A stretch of 64,000 bases of DNA from the human T2T-CHM13v2.0 reference genome, Homo sapiens, in NCBI RefSeq assembly GCF_009914755.1, contig NC_060926.1; one strand, 5' to 3'. The translations under genes were made by a program, and so were the position numbers. This document shows positions 1 to 15,765 of the stretch, piece by piece (within the stretch, counting starts at the first letter, position 1; the number at the start of each line of letters is the position of its first letter). Under the pieces are notes generated by a model. That model was given only the letters and a program-made list of their open reading frames with translations. It had not been told where the DNA came from and ran no database searches.

Positions 1-437
1 CCAGAATAAACAAAGAACTCAAATAACTCAACAGCAAATAAAACACAACAAAAAATAACCCTATTTTTTTTAAATGGGCAAATGATCTAAGTAGGCATTT
101 TTCAAAAGATCTACAAATGGCCAACAAGTATAAGAAAAAAATGCTTAATATCACTAACCATCAGGGAAATGAAAATCTAAACTGCAATGAGATTTCATTT
201 CATCCCAATCAGAATAGCTATTGTCAAAAAGACAAAAAATAACAAATACTGGAGAGGATGCAGATTAAAGGGAATTCTTACACACTGTTGGTGGATATGT
301 AAATTAGTACAGCCGCTATGGAAAACAGTATGGAGGTTCCTCAAAAAACTAAAAATTAAGCTACCACATGATCCAGCAATCCCATCACTGGATATACATC
401 CAAAGAAAAGAAAATCAGTACGTTAAAGAGATATCTG
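1..437 (+). mobile_element. Old LINE-1 (L1MA-type), ORF2 C-terminal region; 5' part of an element split by the RPL22 retrocopy
   Basis: ORF 187..426 resembles L1 ORF2p C-terminus ([28 protein letters not shown]); L1 sequence resumes in register at ~2778. Confidence 0.9.
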
Positions 438-2777
<2,340 letters not shown>

Positions 2778-3402
2778 AAAGAGATCTGCATTCCTGTGTT
2801 TATTGCAGCACTATTCATGATGGCCAAGATATGATATCAACCTAAGTGCTCACCAACAAATTAATGGATAAATAAAATGTGGTCTATAACCACAATGAAA
2901 AATAAAAATAAAAAATAAAATTCTGTCATTTACAGCAACATGAATGAACCTAGAGGATTTTGTGTTAACTGAAATAAGCCAGGCACAGAAAGATAAATAC
3001 CACATGTTCTCACTTATATGTGGAAGAATAAAAAGTTGAGCTCATAGAAGCAAAGAGAAGAATAGTGGTTACTAAAGGCTGGGAAAGGCAGGGAGGTGGG
3101 GAGAATGGGGGAGGTTAGCTAATGGACAAAAAATTACAGCTGGATAGGAGGAAAAAGTTCTAATGTTCTGTAGCATTGTAGGGTGACTATAGTTAACAAT
3201 AATTTATTATATATTTTTAATAGCTAGAACAGAGGATTTTGAATGTTCCTACCACAAGGAAATTATAAATGTTTGAGGTGATTGATATGTTAATTATCCT
3301 GATTTGAGCATCACACTTTGTATACATGTATCAAAATATCACACTGTGCCTCATAAATCTGTGCAATTATTATGTGTCAGTTAAAAATAAAAAAAGAAAA
3401 AA
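2778..3402 (+). mobile_element. L1MA-type 3' end/3'UTR with A-rich tail (continuation of 1-437)
   Basis: gtttattgcagcactattc..., atgttctcacttatatgtgg, gggtgactatagttaacaat motifs; A-rich end 3383-3402. Confidence 0.88.
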
Positions 3403-4071
3403 TCCATTCACCATATATATGAGACCTTTTTCTGACTCTCGATTCTATTTCATTGGATATGTCTGTCCTTATGCCAGTGCCATTCTGTTTTAATTACTGT
3501 AGCTTTGTAGTAAGTTTTGAAATCAGAAAGTGTGAGTCTTCCAACTCTATTCTTCCTTATCAAGATTGTTTTGGCTCTTCAGGGTCACTTTCAATTCTAT
3601 GTAAATTTGAGGATCAGCTTCCTCATTTGTGGAAAAGAAAAGGCTGTTGGAATTTTAGAAGAGATTGTGTTGAATTTGCTGATCATTTTCAGTAGTATTG
3701 ACATCTTAACAGTGGTAAGTCTTCCTATCCACAGACACAGAATGTATTTTCAATTACTTTGATCTTTTTAATTTTTTTGTAGTTTTTATCTTTTATAGTT
3801 TTCAGTGTATCAATCTTTCACCTCTTCAGTTAGATTTATTTCTAAGTATATTTAATTTTTTAGATGCTATTGTAAATGGAATTTTTTCTTAATTTCCTTC
3901 TAGTGTATAGAAAACAATTTGTTTTTGTGTGCTGATTTTGTACACTGCAACTTTGCTGAATTCATTCATTAGCTCTGAGTTTTCTTGTGGATTCTGTGGG
4001 GTTTTGTTTACAAGGAATTATGTCATCTATACACAGAAATAGTTTCATCTATTCCTTTAGATTTGGATCAC

Positions 4072-5053
<982 letters not shown>

Positions 5054-5213
5054 TAAAATTCCTCAAATGCTTTTTCCATGTCAATTGAGATGATAATGTG
5101 ATTTTTTTTCTTTTGTTCAAATAATGTGATGTACTACATTGATTAATTTTCTTCTGTTGAAACGTCCTTGCATTCATGGTAAAATCCCATTCAATTGTGA
5201 ATAATCCTTATAG

Positions 5214-5537
<324 letters not shown>

Positions 5538-5988
5538 TAATATTTGTTAAGGATTTTCCATCTATATTTATAAGCAATGTTAGTCTGCAATTTTCTTTTC
5601 TTGCAATATCATCTGACTTTAATAGCAAGGTAATGCTGGTTTCACAGAATGCATAGCAAGTGTTCCTTGCTATCCCCAAAACTTCAATTTTTTGGATTAT
5701 TTGAGAAATAATTTCTGTCAATTTTTCTTTCTTTAGTAGAATTCACCTGTGAAGCCATCTGATTCAGGACTTTTCTTTTGGGGAAGTTTTTTCTTAATTA
5801 TGTTTACAATCACTTTGTTATAGAACTGTTGAGATTTTCTATTTCTTCTGTCAACCTACATAATTTCTATGTTTCAATAAATTTCTTCATTTCATCTAGG
5901 TTGTCTATTTTTTCATCTATTTTTCTATTCTCTTTTAATCCGTTATTTCTGTAAAATCAGTGGTAGTGTCTCCATTTTTACTTTTATT

Positions 5989-6922
5989 ATTATTTTTTGC
6001 ATGTTTAGAGCTTTATTATCAGTCTATGCATAACTAAAGTTCAAGGTAAATTTAATTTTGCTTAAGGGAACATTGTAAAGTAACAATTCTTGGTATTACA
6101 TGCCTCACATGATCCATTTCAAACCATAGAGAATTATACCTTTGTGTCACTGTTTCAAGAGACAAACACATATGAACAGCTAAAACATCTTAAAAATGCA
6201 CCAAGCTTATGAAGTCTCAAACAAAACTTGAATTTTCTGTACATACTCCTGTCAAATGAAGTAATTTCTTGTACACCACTTCTCTTGCCAACTGGTCTTC
6301 TTTGTTTTTTTTTTTTTTTTTTTTTTTTGACCTAGATCGGCTACGAGACCTAGAGAAGGATCTGGACGGCTTGTGATTTCTCTCCCGAGACAGAGATCTC
6401 TCTCTTCTATCTCTAGAAAGGGACCTGCTCCGGCTGCGAGAGAGGCTTCTTCTTGGAAATCTGCGACGAGGTGGAAGACTCCTCCTATGATAATCATCTC
6501 AAGGACGAGGACCCCAAGAGGGAGGTGGGCTACGATTTCTACTTCTTTTATCACCATTCGACAGTTCCACTCTTACACAGCGGCCACATGGTGTTCTTCC
6601 ATCTAGTTCTCAGACCACATCAGCTGCATCTCGGGGATCTTCAAATTCAACAAAAGCAAAGCCGCGAGGGTTTCTAGCAACCCACACACTTTGGAGTGGT
6701 CCATACTAGCCAAAAGCCCATTCCAGTTCGGTCTTGTTGCCATTGTTTCCAAGATTGCCTACATAAACCTTACAGTCCAATGGACAGGAATCACGATGCA
6801 TTTCGACATCTAGGGTAAAAAATGCGGAGGCTCAAATCCATACGCTCCGATGGGTCTTCCCGCTTTCCTCCGGCCCAGTACCCAGCGATGCTCTCGCTCA
6901 CCCGGCGTCCACAAAATGGCAG
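5989..6922 (-). pseudogene. SRSF3: Processed pseudogene of SR splicing factor SRSF3 (SRp20), full length, with several premature stops
   Basis: Minus strand from ATG 6801 reads [31 protein letters not shown], followed by RRM and RS domain ([39 protein letters not shown]); stops at 6708-6706, 6612-6610, 6501-6499; AATAAA at 6017-6012; ~18-bp TSD tccatttttacttttatt (5971-5988) / tccatttttatttttatt (6923-6940). Confidence 0.96.
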
Positions 6923-8559
6923 TCCATTTTTATTTTTATTTAAGTCATTTGCATCTTTTCTCTTTTGTTTTTTGTCAGTCTAGATAGAAGTTTGTCAATT
7001 TTGTTTCTCTTTCCCAATAAATTATTTATTGATTTTTTCTATCGTTTATTGTCTCTACTTTTTAAAAATCTCTGCTCTAATCTTTATTACTGTCTTATTT
7101 CTGCTATCTCTGGGTTTCATTTGCTCTTCATTTTCTAGTTCCTTACGATATAAAGTTGAGTTATTGATTTGAGATCTTTTGTAATATAGACATTTACAGC
7201 TGTCAACTTCCCTCTTAGCCCTGCTTTTTTGTTGCATCTCATAAGTTTTGATATGTTGTGTTTTTATTTTCATTTATCTCAAGATACAAATATTCTTTGT
7301 GGTTTCTTCTTTGATGCATTAGTTTTGTGAGAGTGCATTGTTTAATTTCCACATATTTGTGAATTTTCTGGTGTTTCTTCAGTTATTGATTTCTGACTTC
7401 ATACCATTGTGGTTAGAGAGGATACTTTGTGTGATATCTATACTTTTTAATCTATTAAAACATGTTTATGGTGGTCTATCCTAGAGAACATCCCGTGTGT
7501 GCTTCAGAACAATGTGTATTCTATTGTTATTGGGCTGAGTGTTCTGTATGTGTCTGTTAGGGCTAGTTGGTTTATTTTGTTGTTCAAGTCCTCTAATTTC
7601 TTATCTTCTCTCTGGTTGTTTTATCCATTATTGAAAGTGGAATATTGAATTCTCAAACTATTACTCTAGGATTGCCTATTACAATTCTGTCGTGTTTTTG
7701 CTTCATATATTTTTGTTATTAGGTATGTAAATATTTATACTTGCTATATTTTTTTTCTGTTTTAAACCTCTTATTAATGTCCTTCTTTGTCTCTTGTAAC
7801 CTTTTTGGATTTAGAATCTATTTTATCTGATATTACTATAGCCACCTCAGCTCTCTTTTGGTTACTATTTGCATGAAATATTTTTTACCATCCTTTCACT
7901 TTCAACCTATTAGTGTCTTTTGTCCTAAAGTGAGTCTCCTGTAGATAATAATTAGATCCTGTTTTTCTGTATCCATTTTCCGCATCTCTGTCTTTCAATT
8001 AGAGAACTTAATCCATTTATACTTAAAGTATTTACTGATAAGGAGTAAATATTATTGCCATTTTGTTATTTTTTTTCTATCTGCCATTTCTTTATTGTCC
8101 CCTTTTTCTTCCATCATTGCCTGTTTTGTGTTTAGCTGATTTTTTTCAGGGAAAAATTTTTATTTTCTTCTTATTTCCTTTTGAGTATATTGTATAGATA
8201 TTTTCTTTCTAGTTACCATGAGGATTCTATTTAACTTATTAAAGCTACAACATTCTATTTTGAATCTATACCAACTTAACTTCAGTAGCATACAAAAACT
8301 CTGCTCCATGCATCTTTGTCTTCTGCTTTTTGTTATTGATGTCCCAAATTACATCGCTATATATTATGTGCCCAATAAATAGGTTAATACTTGTTTTTTG
8401 CATTTGTCTTTTTAAAGTGCAGAAAATTATTAATAAAAATGGAATTATAAGTGAAAATTACAATAATACTACCTTATAATTGCCCATGTATTTATCTTTA
8501 CCAGAGATCTTCATTTTTTTCATATGGCTTCGAGTTAATTCAAATATAGATGTATTTAT

Positions 8560-9376
8560 TTAAGGCATGTTTCCTACCACCAGCACTGGGCACATGTTCA
8601 GATTGGCAATCAGATCCATAAGTCTCAATGGCTTTAATTTAGCACTGCATTTACTTAGCTGTACAGAGAATGAAGAACAGAAAATACAGTATACCCAACA
8701 TCTTACAGCTCACTGGGAGGCCCAGCAGTACCCATGCACATAGTTTCTCATCCCTTCACTCACCCACATGCAGAGCGTGCACAGTGACTAGAGATGAGAC
8801 GAAGAGCCAGGCGTGGTGGCTCACACCTTTAATCCCAGCTCTTTGGGAGGTCAAGGAGGGCAGATCATGAGGCCAGGAGTTTGAGACCAGCCTGGCCAAC
8901 ATGACGAAGCCTCGTCTCTACTAAAAACCAAAAATTAGCCGGGTGCGGTAGCACGCGCCTGTAGTCCCAGCTACTTAGGAGGCTGAGACAGGATAATCAC
9001 TTGAAACCGGGAGGCGGAGGTTGCAGTGAACGGAGACCACGCCATTGCACTTCAGCCTGGGCTACAGAGCAAGACTCCATCTCAAAAACAAAAACAAAAA
9101 CAAAAACAAAAGAGGTGAAGGTGTATGTGGTTCATATTGACAGAGGGAAGTCCCCACCTTGGTTTCCCATGAGTCTTTTATATTCTCCTTGTGATGAAGG
9201 CTCCAGGCTTGTGTGCATTCCCAGGGCAGGAACAGTCCCACAGACCAAGGGCTTCACAGTAAACAAAGTAGGTGACCAGTTCCCAACATACATTATTCCA
9301 CATTGAACTTGATACATTTCCAAGGAAACAGTGTTGTGAGAAGGCGGCCTAGGTCTGTTCAGGATCTAGGCCCACA
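8560..9376 (-). mobile_element. Probable solo ERV LTR-like repeat (family unassigned), interrupted by an Alu
   Basis: Sharp compositional change from AT-rich flanks; TG start on - strand at 9376; TATA-like ATATAAAA on - strand at ~9176-9183; left boundary uncertain. Confidence 0.4.
8806..9110 (+). mobile_element. AluS with (A5C)n tail
   Basis: Canonical dimer; aagag on both flanks. Confidence 0.93.
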
Positions 9377-9436
9377 ATTAATTAATACTTTACTCACAGC
9401 ATTCAAAAGGGAAAAAAGAATAATATATACACGTAT

Positions 9437-9645
9437 GGCCAGGCATGCTGGTTCACGCCTGTAATCCCAACACTTTGGGAGGCTGAGGCGGGTAAATCTC
9501 TTAAGCCCAGGAGTTTGAGACCAGCCTGGGCAACGTGGCAAAACCCTGTCTCTACAACAAATAAATACATAAATAAAATTAGCTGGGCATGGTGGTGTGA
9601 GCCTGTGGTCCCAGCTACTCGGGAAGCCAAGGTGGCTTCAACCCA
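9437..9645 (+). mobile_element. AluJ-like, 3'-truncated
   Basis: ttaagcccaggagtttgagaccagcctgggcaac (J-type diagnostics); right arm ends early. Confidence 0.85.
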
Positions 9646-10333
9646 GGCTGGGTTGAAGACGATGTAGAAATGTCTGCCTGACAATCATATATACTTAAGA
9701 TAAATGGGAGGATACTCTTGATATAGACTCCCCCTTAGGCAACATTATATTGTGATCATTCTTTGTATCTGTCTCTGGATGATATTTGATGACACGGATT
9801 TTAATGGCAGCTTGTATTCCTTTGTCTAATGTTTCATAATTTACTTGGCTAATCTCTACTATGACATCTTAAGTATTACAATTTCAACTACTATAAATGC
9901 ATAAAATAACGTCAATAAATATTCTTGAATATAAATCTTGTTTTGTGTCTCTAACTATTTCCTTAGGATATATAATTCAAAACAGAATTACCGGGTAAGA
10001 TGGTCTAAAATGTTTTAGGTCTTTTCATACATATTGCCAAAATGCCCTCTAGAAAGATGGTTCCATTTATATTTATAATCCCAACCTTGCTACCACTTAG
10101 TATTAGAATTATTTTATTTTAAATTTAGAAATAATATATGCATATGATTAAGAAATTTAGAGTCCCATTATTTGATTTAGAGTCCCATTATTTTGATAAA
10201 TTCTGCTTTCAGTGCATCTGCTGATTAACACTGTAAATCTATGTAACATGTTTTTAACTCCATTTCCTGATTTATCAAATTTCAATTTCAATTGTCTTTA
10301 TTAATGTCTGTGCTATAAAATAAGTAAAGTAGC

Positions 10334-10440
10334 TGAATTAGTCACGGTTGAATTCTCCAGAGATACAGAACCAATAAGATGTATAGATAAGGGAGATAGA
10401 TACATAGATAGGTGGATAGATGATAGATAGATAGATAGAT

Positions 10441-10486
<46 letters not shown>

Positions 10487-10966
10487 GGAGAGACAATTTA
10501 TTAGAGAAATGGTTTACCTGATTGTCAGACTGAGAAGTTGCACAACAGGCTGTCTGCAAGCTGGAAAATCAGGGAAGCTCGTAGTGTGGCTCAGGACAGT
10601 TCTGAAGGCCTCAGAACCAGGGAAGCCAATAGTGTAACTCTCAGTCCAAGGTTGAAGGCCCAAGAAACTGAGAAGCCCACTGGAGCAAATTCCAGAGTCC
10701 AAAGGCCAGTTTTGATATTTAAAGGCAGGAAAAGAAGGGTATTCCAGGTATAGAAAAGACAGAGAGCAAATTTGCCATTATTCTATCTTTCTGTTCTATT
10801 CAGGCCTCAGCTGATCCGATGTGAGGGTGGGTCTTCTTTACTTAGTCCACTGATTCATATGCCAGTCACCTCTAGAAGCCCCCTTGCAGACACCCGGAAC
10901 TAATGCTTTACCAGCTGTCTGCATATCTCTTCATCAGTCAAGATGGTACCTAAAATTAACCATGTG
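10334..10966 (-). mobile_element. MLT2-family (ERVL) solo LTR
   Basis: ttctccagagatacagaaccaata...gcaagctggaaaatcagg...aaaattaaccat; 5-bp TSD-like gtagc/gtagt. Confidence 0.85.
10395..10485. repeat. (GATA)n tetranucleotide microsatellite within the MLT2 LTR
   Basis: Directly visible tandem GATA/TAGA units. Confidence 0.97.
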
Positions 10967-11364
10967 GTAGTTTGGCATACCTATATTACCTCCTCCCCAC
11001 AACTTTTTCTCATTTTTTTAAAATGTTATTATATCATTATAATTTGATCTTCTAAAATGAAAAGTTTTTACTTTTATTTTTTTGAATTTTATCAAATTTA
11101 GGCAGAATCCTTGATCTTTGAGTAAGTTTGTTCACAATCACTTCTCCAACTCTTCCCTACCATAAGTCCTTTTACTTTTCTCTCTTTCTTCTGTCAACTA
11201 CAGCATCGCTTCTACTCCAGAGAGGCCATGAAAGTGAATAGAATCTATCAGACCAATATGGCAGATGCTGCAACTTGGATATAGTGAAAAATCACAAGAA
11301 CAAGGCATGAAAAGCATAATGTAACATTACTAAAATAATATTGAAAGTCTCATTTTATTGGTAA

Positions 11365-11560
11365 GAGGGTTTCTCCACCTCAATACTATTGGCATTTTGG
11401 ACCATATAATTATTTGTTGTCAGGGACTGCGTTGTGCATTGTAGGATATTTTGCAGTGTCCCTAGCCCCTGCTCAGGGACCCTCCCAGCTGTGACAACCA
11501 AGCATATCTCCAGGCACTGCCCAGTGTCCCTGTGCATATTGCCCCAGTGGAGAGCCGCTG
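11365..11560 (-). mobile_element. MER20 (hAT-Charlie DNA transposon relic)
   Basis: gggtttctccacctc...gacaaccaagcatatctccag...gagccgctg matches reverse-complemented MER20. Confidence 0.85.
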
Positions 11561-13260
11561 TTCTATAGGTGTTCCCCAGTAGAACTTCGTCTGCACTGCC
11601 GTTTTAATTTCAGTGGGAAGAGTGGTCTGACCTGAAAGCACAATGGGAGCATATTCTCATTTGCAGGGCAAGTACAGATGATACGGTTACACAGCGGGTG
11701 ATCTAGCAGGGATCTTCTTGTAGTGATGAGATTGTGAGCTTTAATCTTAAGGGGCAGATTTGTGCTTTTCCTTTTGAGGCAGAACAGATTGTTTTTGTTG
11801 TTTGTTTGCGTGTGTGTGTTTTTCTTTCCCCATGCATGTTGTGGATACTTAAGTTCTCCATTTCCCTAAGGAATATTCCAACCCAAAGCCCTAAGCAGCA
11901 GTTCTCGCATATTTAAGTTCCCTTTCAGTTTATCTGCGATATTTACTTCTTAATGCTTTGGTCTTTCCTTATAGAGTCCAGCGCCACTTTCAGCATTTTG
12001 AATAATTCAAGCACATTTCTTTAAAATTGCTTTTAGATCGCTCTGAAGTTAGAGCTCATTGGTTAGGAATTCAGATGGTGTTGCATTTTTGCTTTTAATT
12101 TTTGACTCTGAGCTTATCTTCCATGTGAATCATTTTTTGCAGAGTCTTGCTAGGGTCTGGTGATGAAGATATTTGAGTAGGGAAGTTTTTGCCTCTCACT
12201 GGGCACTGTGAGTTAAATCAGTTTTAATAATCAAGTATTTAAGGTTAATTTCTCAGCTTATGGTGTTCTCACCCTGTACAAAATTAAAGACTAAATCCTA
12301 AGATCATGCAGAACACAAATTTGAGTGTCTGGGTTTTGTTGCCGTTGGCACTCTTTCCAAACCTGTGGTCCAAGGCTGGCAGCATGCTACATATGGCACC
12401 TCTGGACTGGTGAAAACAGTTTTGTTTTAGTCCTCCTTTCATGGGCATGACTCCTCTTTCCAGCTGCTTCTTACTCAGGGGCCTCAGTTACATTTAATTT
12501 AGAATCTGGGGAATACAGCCTTAACTCTTCTACAGAGTGAATATGAAAACTCTACCTCAAGACATAGGAAAAATTCCAGTGTCTTTTTTAGGTAATGGGT
12601 AATTTCTGGCACCTGGGGATTTTCTTTTCTTATCTTCCAGCTCAGCTATGCTTCTTATTTTGCTTTTATTTTGCTTATTACTTTTTGCTGTCATAAATTA
12701 TGCATCTCGTCTCTATGTTTAGAATGGAGGTGGGAGGCCAGTGTTGCACAAGAATCGAGTCTGGCATGTTGACTCAGAGACTCTGGCCAGCACCACTTTG
12801 CCTGGTGGGGAAGGGTGCCCTCAGTGCAGATTGAGACCAGGTGCACGAAGAGTGAGACAGGCAGAGCAGGGACAGTGAGAGGGAAAATAAGCAGGTGTGA
12901 AGGTCTTCACATGGCAACAAAAAACTCATGCCTTTGTTTCTTTGTAGGACCAGAGGTCAATGGAAATTTTTAAGTATTAGCAGTGCATGGCCAGAATTAT
13001 TTTTGAAGATATTCTGGCAGTCTGTAAGATAATTGATGATAAGGAGTGTAAAACATCTAGTGAGAAAAACAAATTAGAAGGCAGATGGTAGGTTAAGCTG
13101 AGATTATATGATAAGGAAGATCATTAATGCAGTAGTAGTTATAATGGATAGCAGGCTAAATTTAGGAAAAGTTCCTGAGGTAGACTTGCAGTATTTGGTC
13201 ACTAATGAAGAATGAGGAAAAATAGAGCTTGGGAGGATACTGAAGTTGCCATTTAGCAGG

Positions 13261-13620
13261 TCTCTTAGTCCATGCAGACTGCTATCAAAGAATATCATAC
13301 AATGGGTGGCTTATAAACAACATATATTTATTTCTCAAGTTGTGGAGTCTGAGAAGTCCAGGATCAAGGCATGAACAGGTTATATATCTGGGGAGGGCCT
13401 TCCTCCTGGTCACAGGAAGCCATCTTCTCCCCATAGCCTCACAAGGCGGAGAAAGTAAACAAACTATCTGGGCCTCCTTTATTAGGTACAGATCCTATTC
13501 TGAAGGCTCTGACCCCATAATTTAATTACCTCCCAAAGGCCCAACCTCCTAATACCATCAACTTGGAGATTAGGTTTCGCCATGTAAATCTGGGGGTACA
13601 CAAATATTTGGTCCATGGAA
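13261..13620 (-). mobile_element. MLT1A-type MaLR solo LTR within L2-like sequence
   Basis: tcttagtcc...gggtggcttataaacaac...gaagtccaggatcaagg...cctcccaaaggccc. Confidence 0.85.
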
Positions 13621-15559
13621 AAGGTACAATACATGAAGTCATGAAAAACTAGCAGGTCAGATTTGGATGAGGCTGTACCATACCCAGAAATCTGTCTAGT
13701 GGTCACATGAAAATGGTGCTCAAATAAAATAGTCAAAGCTAGAAACATACATTGAGGAAATGTGAGGCACACAGAAATAAAGTGGGACAGGTGGACCACA
13801 TCTCTAGATTATGGTAAAGCAACAAGACATCAGAGCCAAGATAAAACATGTGAGGATCCCAACTGTTAAGGAGCAAGTGAGGAAGGAAGAACAAACAAAC
13901 ACAAATGAAAAGTAACAGCTAGAAAGTACAGAAAGAGAATACAGGAGACATGGCAGCGTTGAGGAGAAGCTGCATGTTCTAAAGAGAGAATCGATCATCA
14001 GCACGCACTGCAGAAAGTGTAATAGGAAAGATACTGCAAGTAAGGAACACATGGTCAGCATTTAGATGTACTGAACCATTTTATTCCTTAAGTGGGGGAG
14101 TACTGAAGAAAATATGATAAAATATTCACACAAGTTATACTCTGGATGGTTCACTTGTGGATATATTATGTTGTATGCTTCCTGTACTTCCTATGTGTCT
14201 AGAAATATGCAATGTGTCGTTATTAAAATTTAGTAGAAATTTAAAGTGAGAAAATTCAGCTCCTGATCAAGTTGGGCAATTAAAAGAGCTTAGCTACCTT
14301 ATTAAACGTCTCTCTGCAGTAGTAGTAGGCACACATCTCAGGTCACATTGGATGGAAGGAACACGCTGGGGAGGAGGTGAGGACCAAGAAGACAGTCTAT
14401 TCCTCTAGAAAGTCTGGAAGTGCAGGAATGACTGCAATTAGAGTAGTTGCCTGAGGTGGCAACAGGATTGAAGGAAGAGTTTTTAAAATGTTTAGCATGG
14501 GTCACTGGTTTGTGGACTCATAACAGAAAAAGAGAGATTTAAGATTTAGGAAGAGGCACAGGAATAGTCACTGATGAGTCCTGGAAAACATAAGCCTTAT
14601 TCAGGTTAATAATTATAAGCCACTTGGGAAATTTTTAAGTGCAGTATTCAAATTATCAGTTACTACTGAGCAACGGTTCAAATCTAAACACCAGTTTTCC
14701 TGGACACAGAATGTGTCTTAAATAGAGATTTCCTATCCAAGCTTTACAAGGGCAAACTCCACAAAACTCACTCTCAGAAAATGCCCAACTTGCCCTAGGG
14801 GTGGACCGGTGAGAGCACCTTATTGTTTCCCAAATCTCAAAGAGCCAGGGAGATAGCAGGCAGCAGGCTGATGCTATGTGCAGTAGTGATTGATTGCTGT
14901 TTAGTAAACCCTTCTGTAAATACAGACATCCAAATTTCTAATAATCTCAGAAAACAGATAAGCAAAATGGATCTTTAAGACCTCTTTCAACTGTAATTTC
15001 ATCAACATGTAAATTTTTATTAAATCTAAGATACAGTAAAAAGAGTCTAGTTTTAATAATTAGTTTAATTGGTTTCAAATTGTTTGTATGTTTGGCATAA
15101 AATTTTCAACTCAACAAATGGAAGGAAGCTAGATATAGCTTAGCATCCAGAGAACATTAGCTTTATCTTAGCTTTTTCTGCATTATCAATGACAAACATT
15201 TTTGAACATCAACTATACATATATGAAGCACTGATCTAGGCATAGCAAGGATTAAGATAATAATACATCTGCATTCTAGGAATTCACATGCCAGCAGAGG
15301 AGACAAGCAGATGCAAAGCCATCTCAATAAGAGCAGAATGTGGGCTGAGTGTGGAACTAGTTTGGTAAAATTTTAAAATGGAAATTTTGTACTCATTTTA
15401 CATTTTGCCCCAATAACAAATAGGTAATTTTAGATATAGAAGTGAGGAAAAAGTAAGAATACATGGGCTACCTGTAAATCTGCATATCATCCTTGAGATG
15501 AGAAAGCTTCAAAAGGCAATGGCATTTGCAGGGGCCGAAGTGCACCAGACTCAAAACCT

Positions 15560-15765
15560 GGACCTGAATTTGTGATTCGTGTCCCACTCTGCCACTTTCT
15601 ACCCTGTGTAAGCCTAGCAAGGAAATTTAATCTCTCCAAGTCCCTGCTTCCTCATCTGTAAAATGTGGCTAGTGATTCCTACCTCAAAGCTATGCTAAAG
15701 ATGAAATGAGATAATGCATTTTGAAACTGTCTTACAAATGTAAAGCTTTATATAAATGTTAGTTA
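15560..15765 (+). mobile_element. MIR SINE
   Basis: Core ttcctcatctgtaaaatg...gatgaaatgagataatgcat. Confidence 0.85.
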
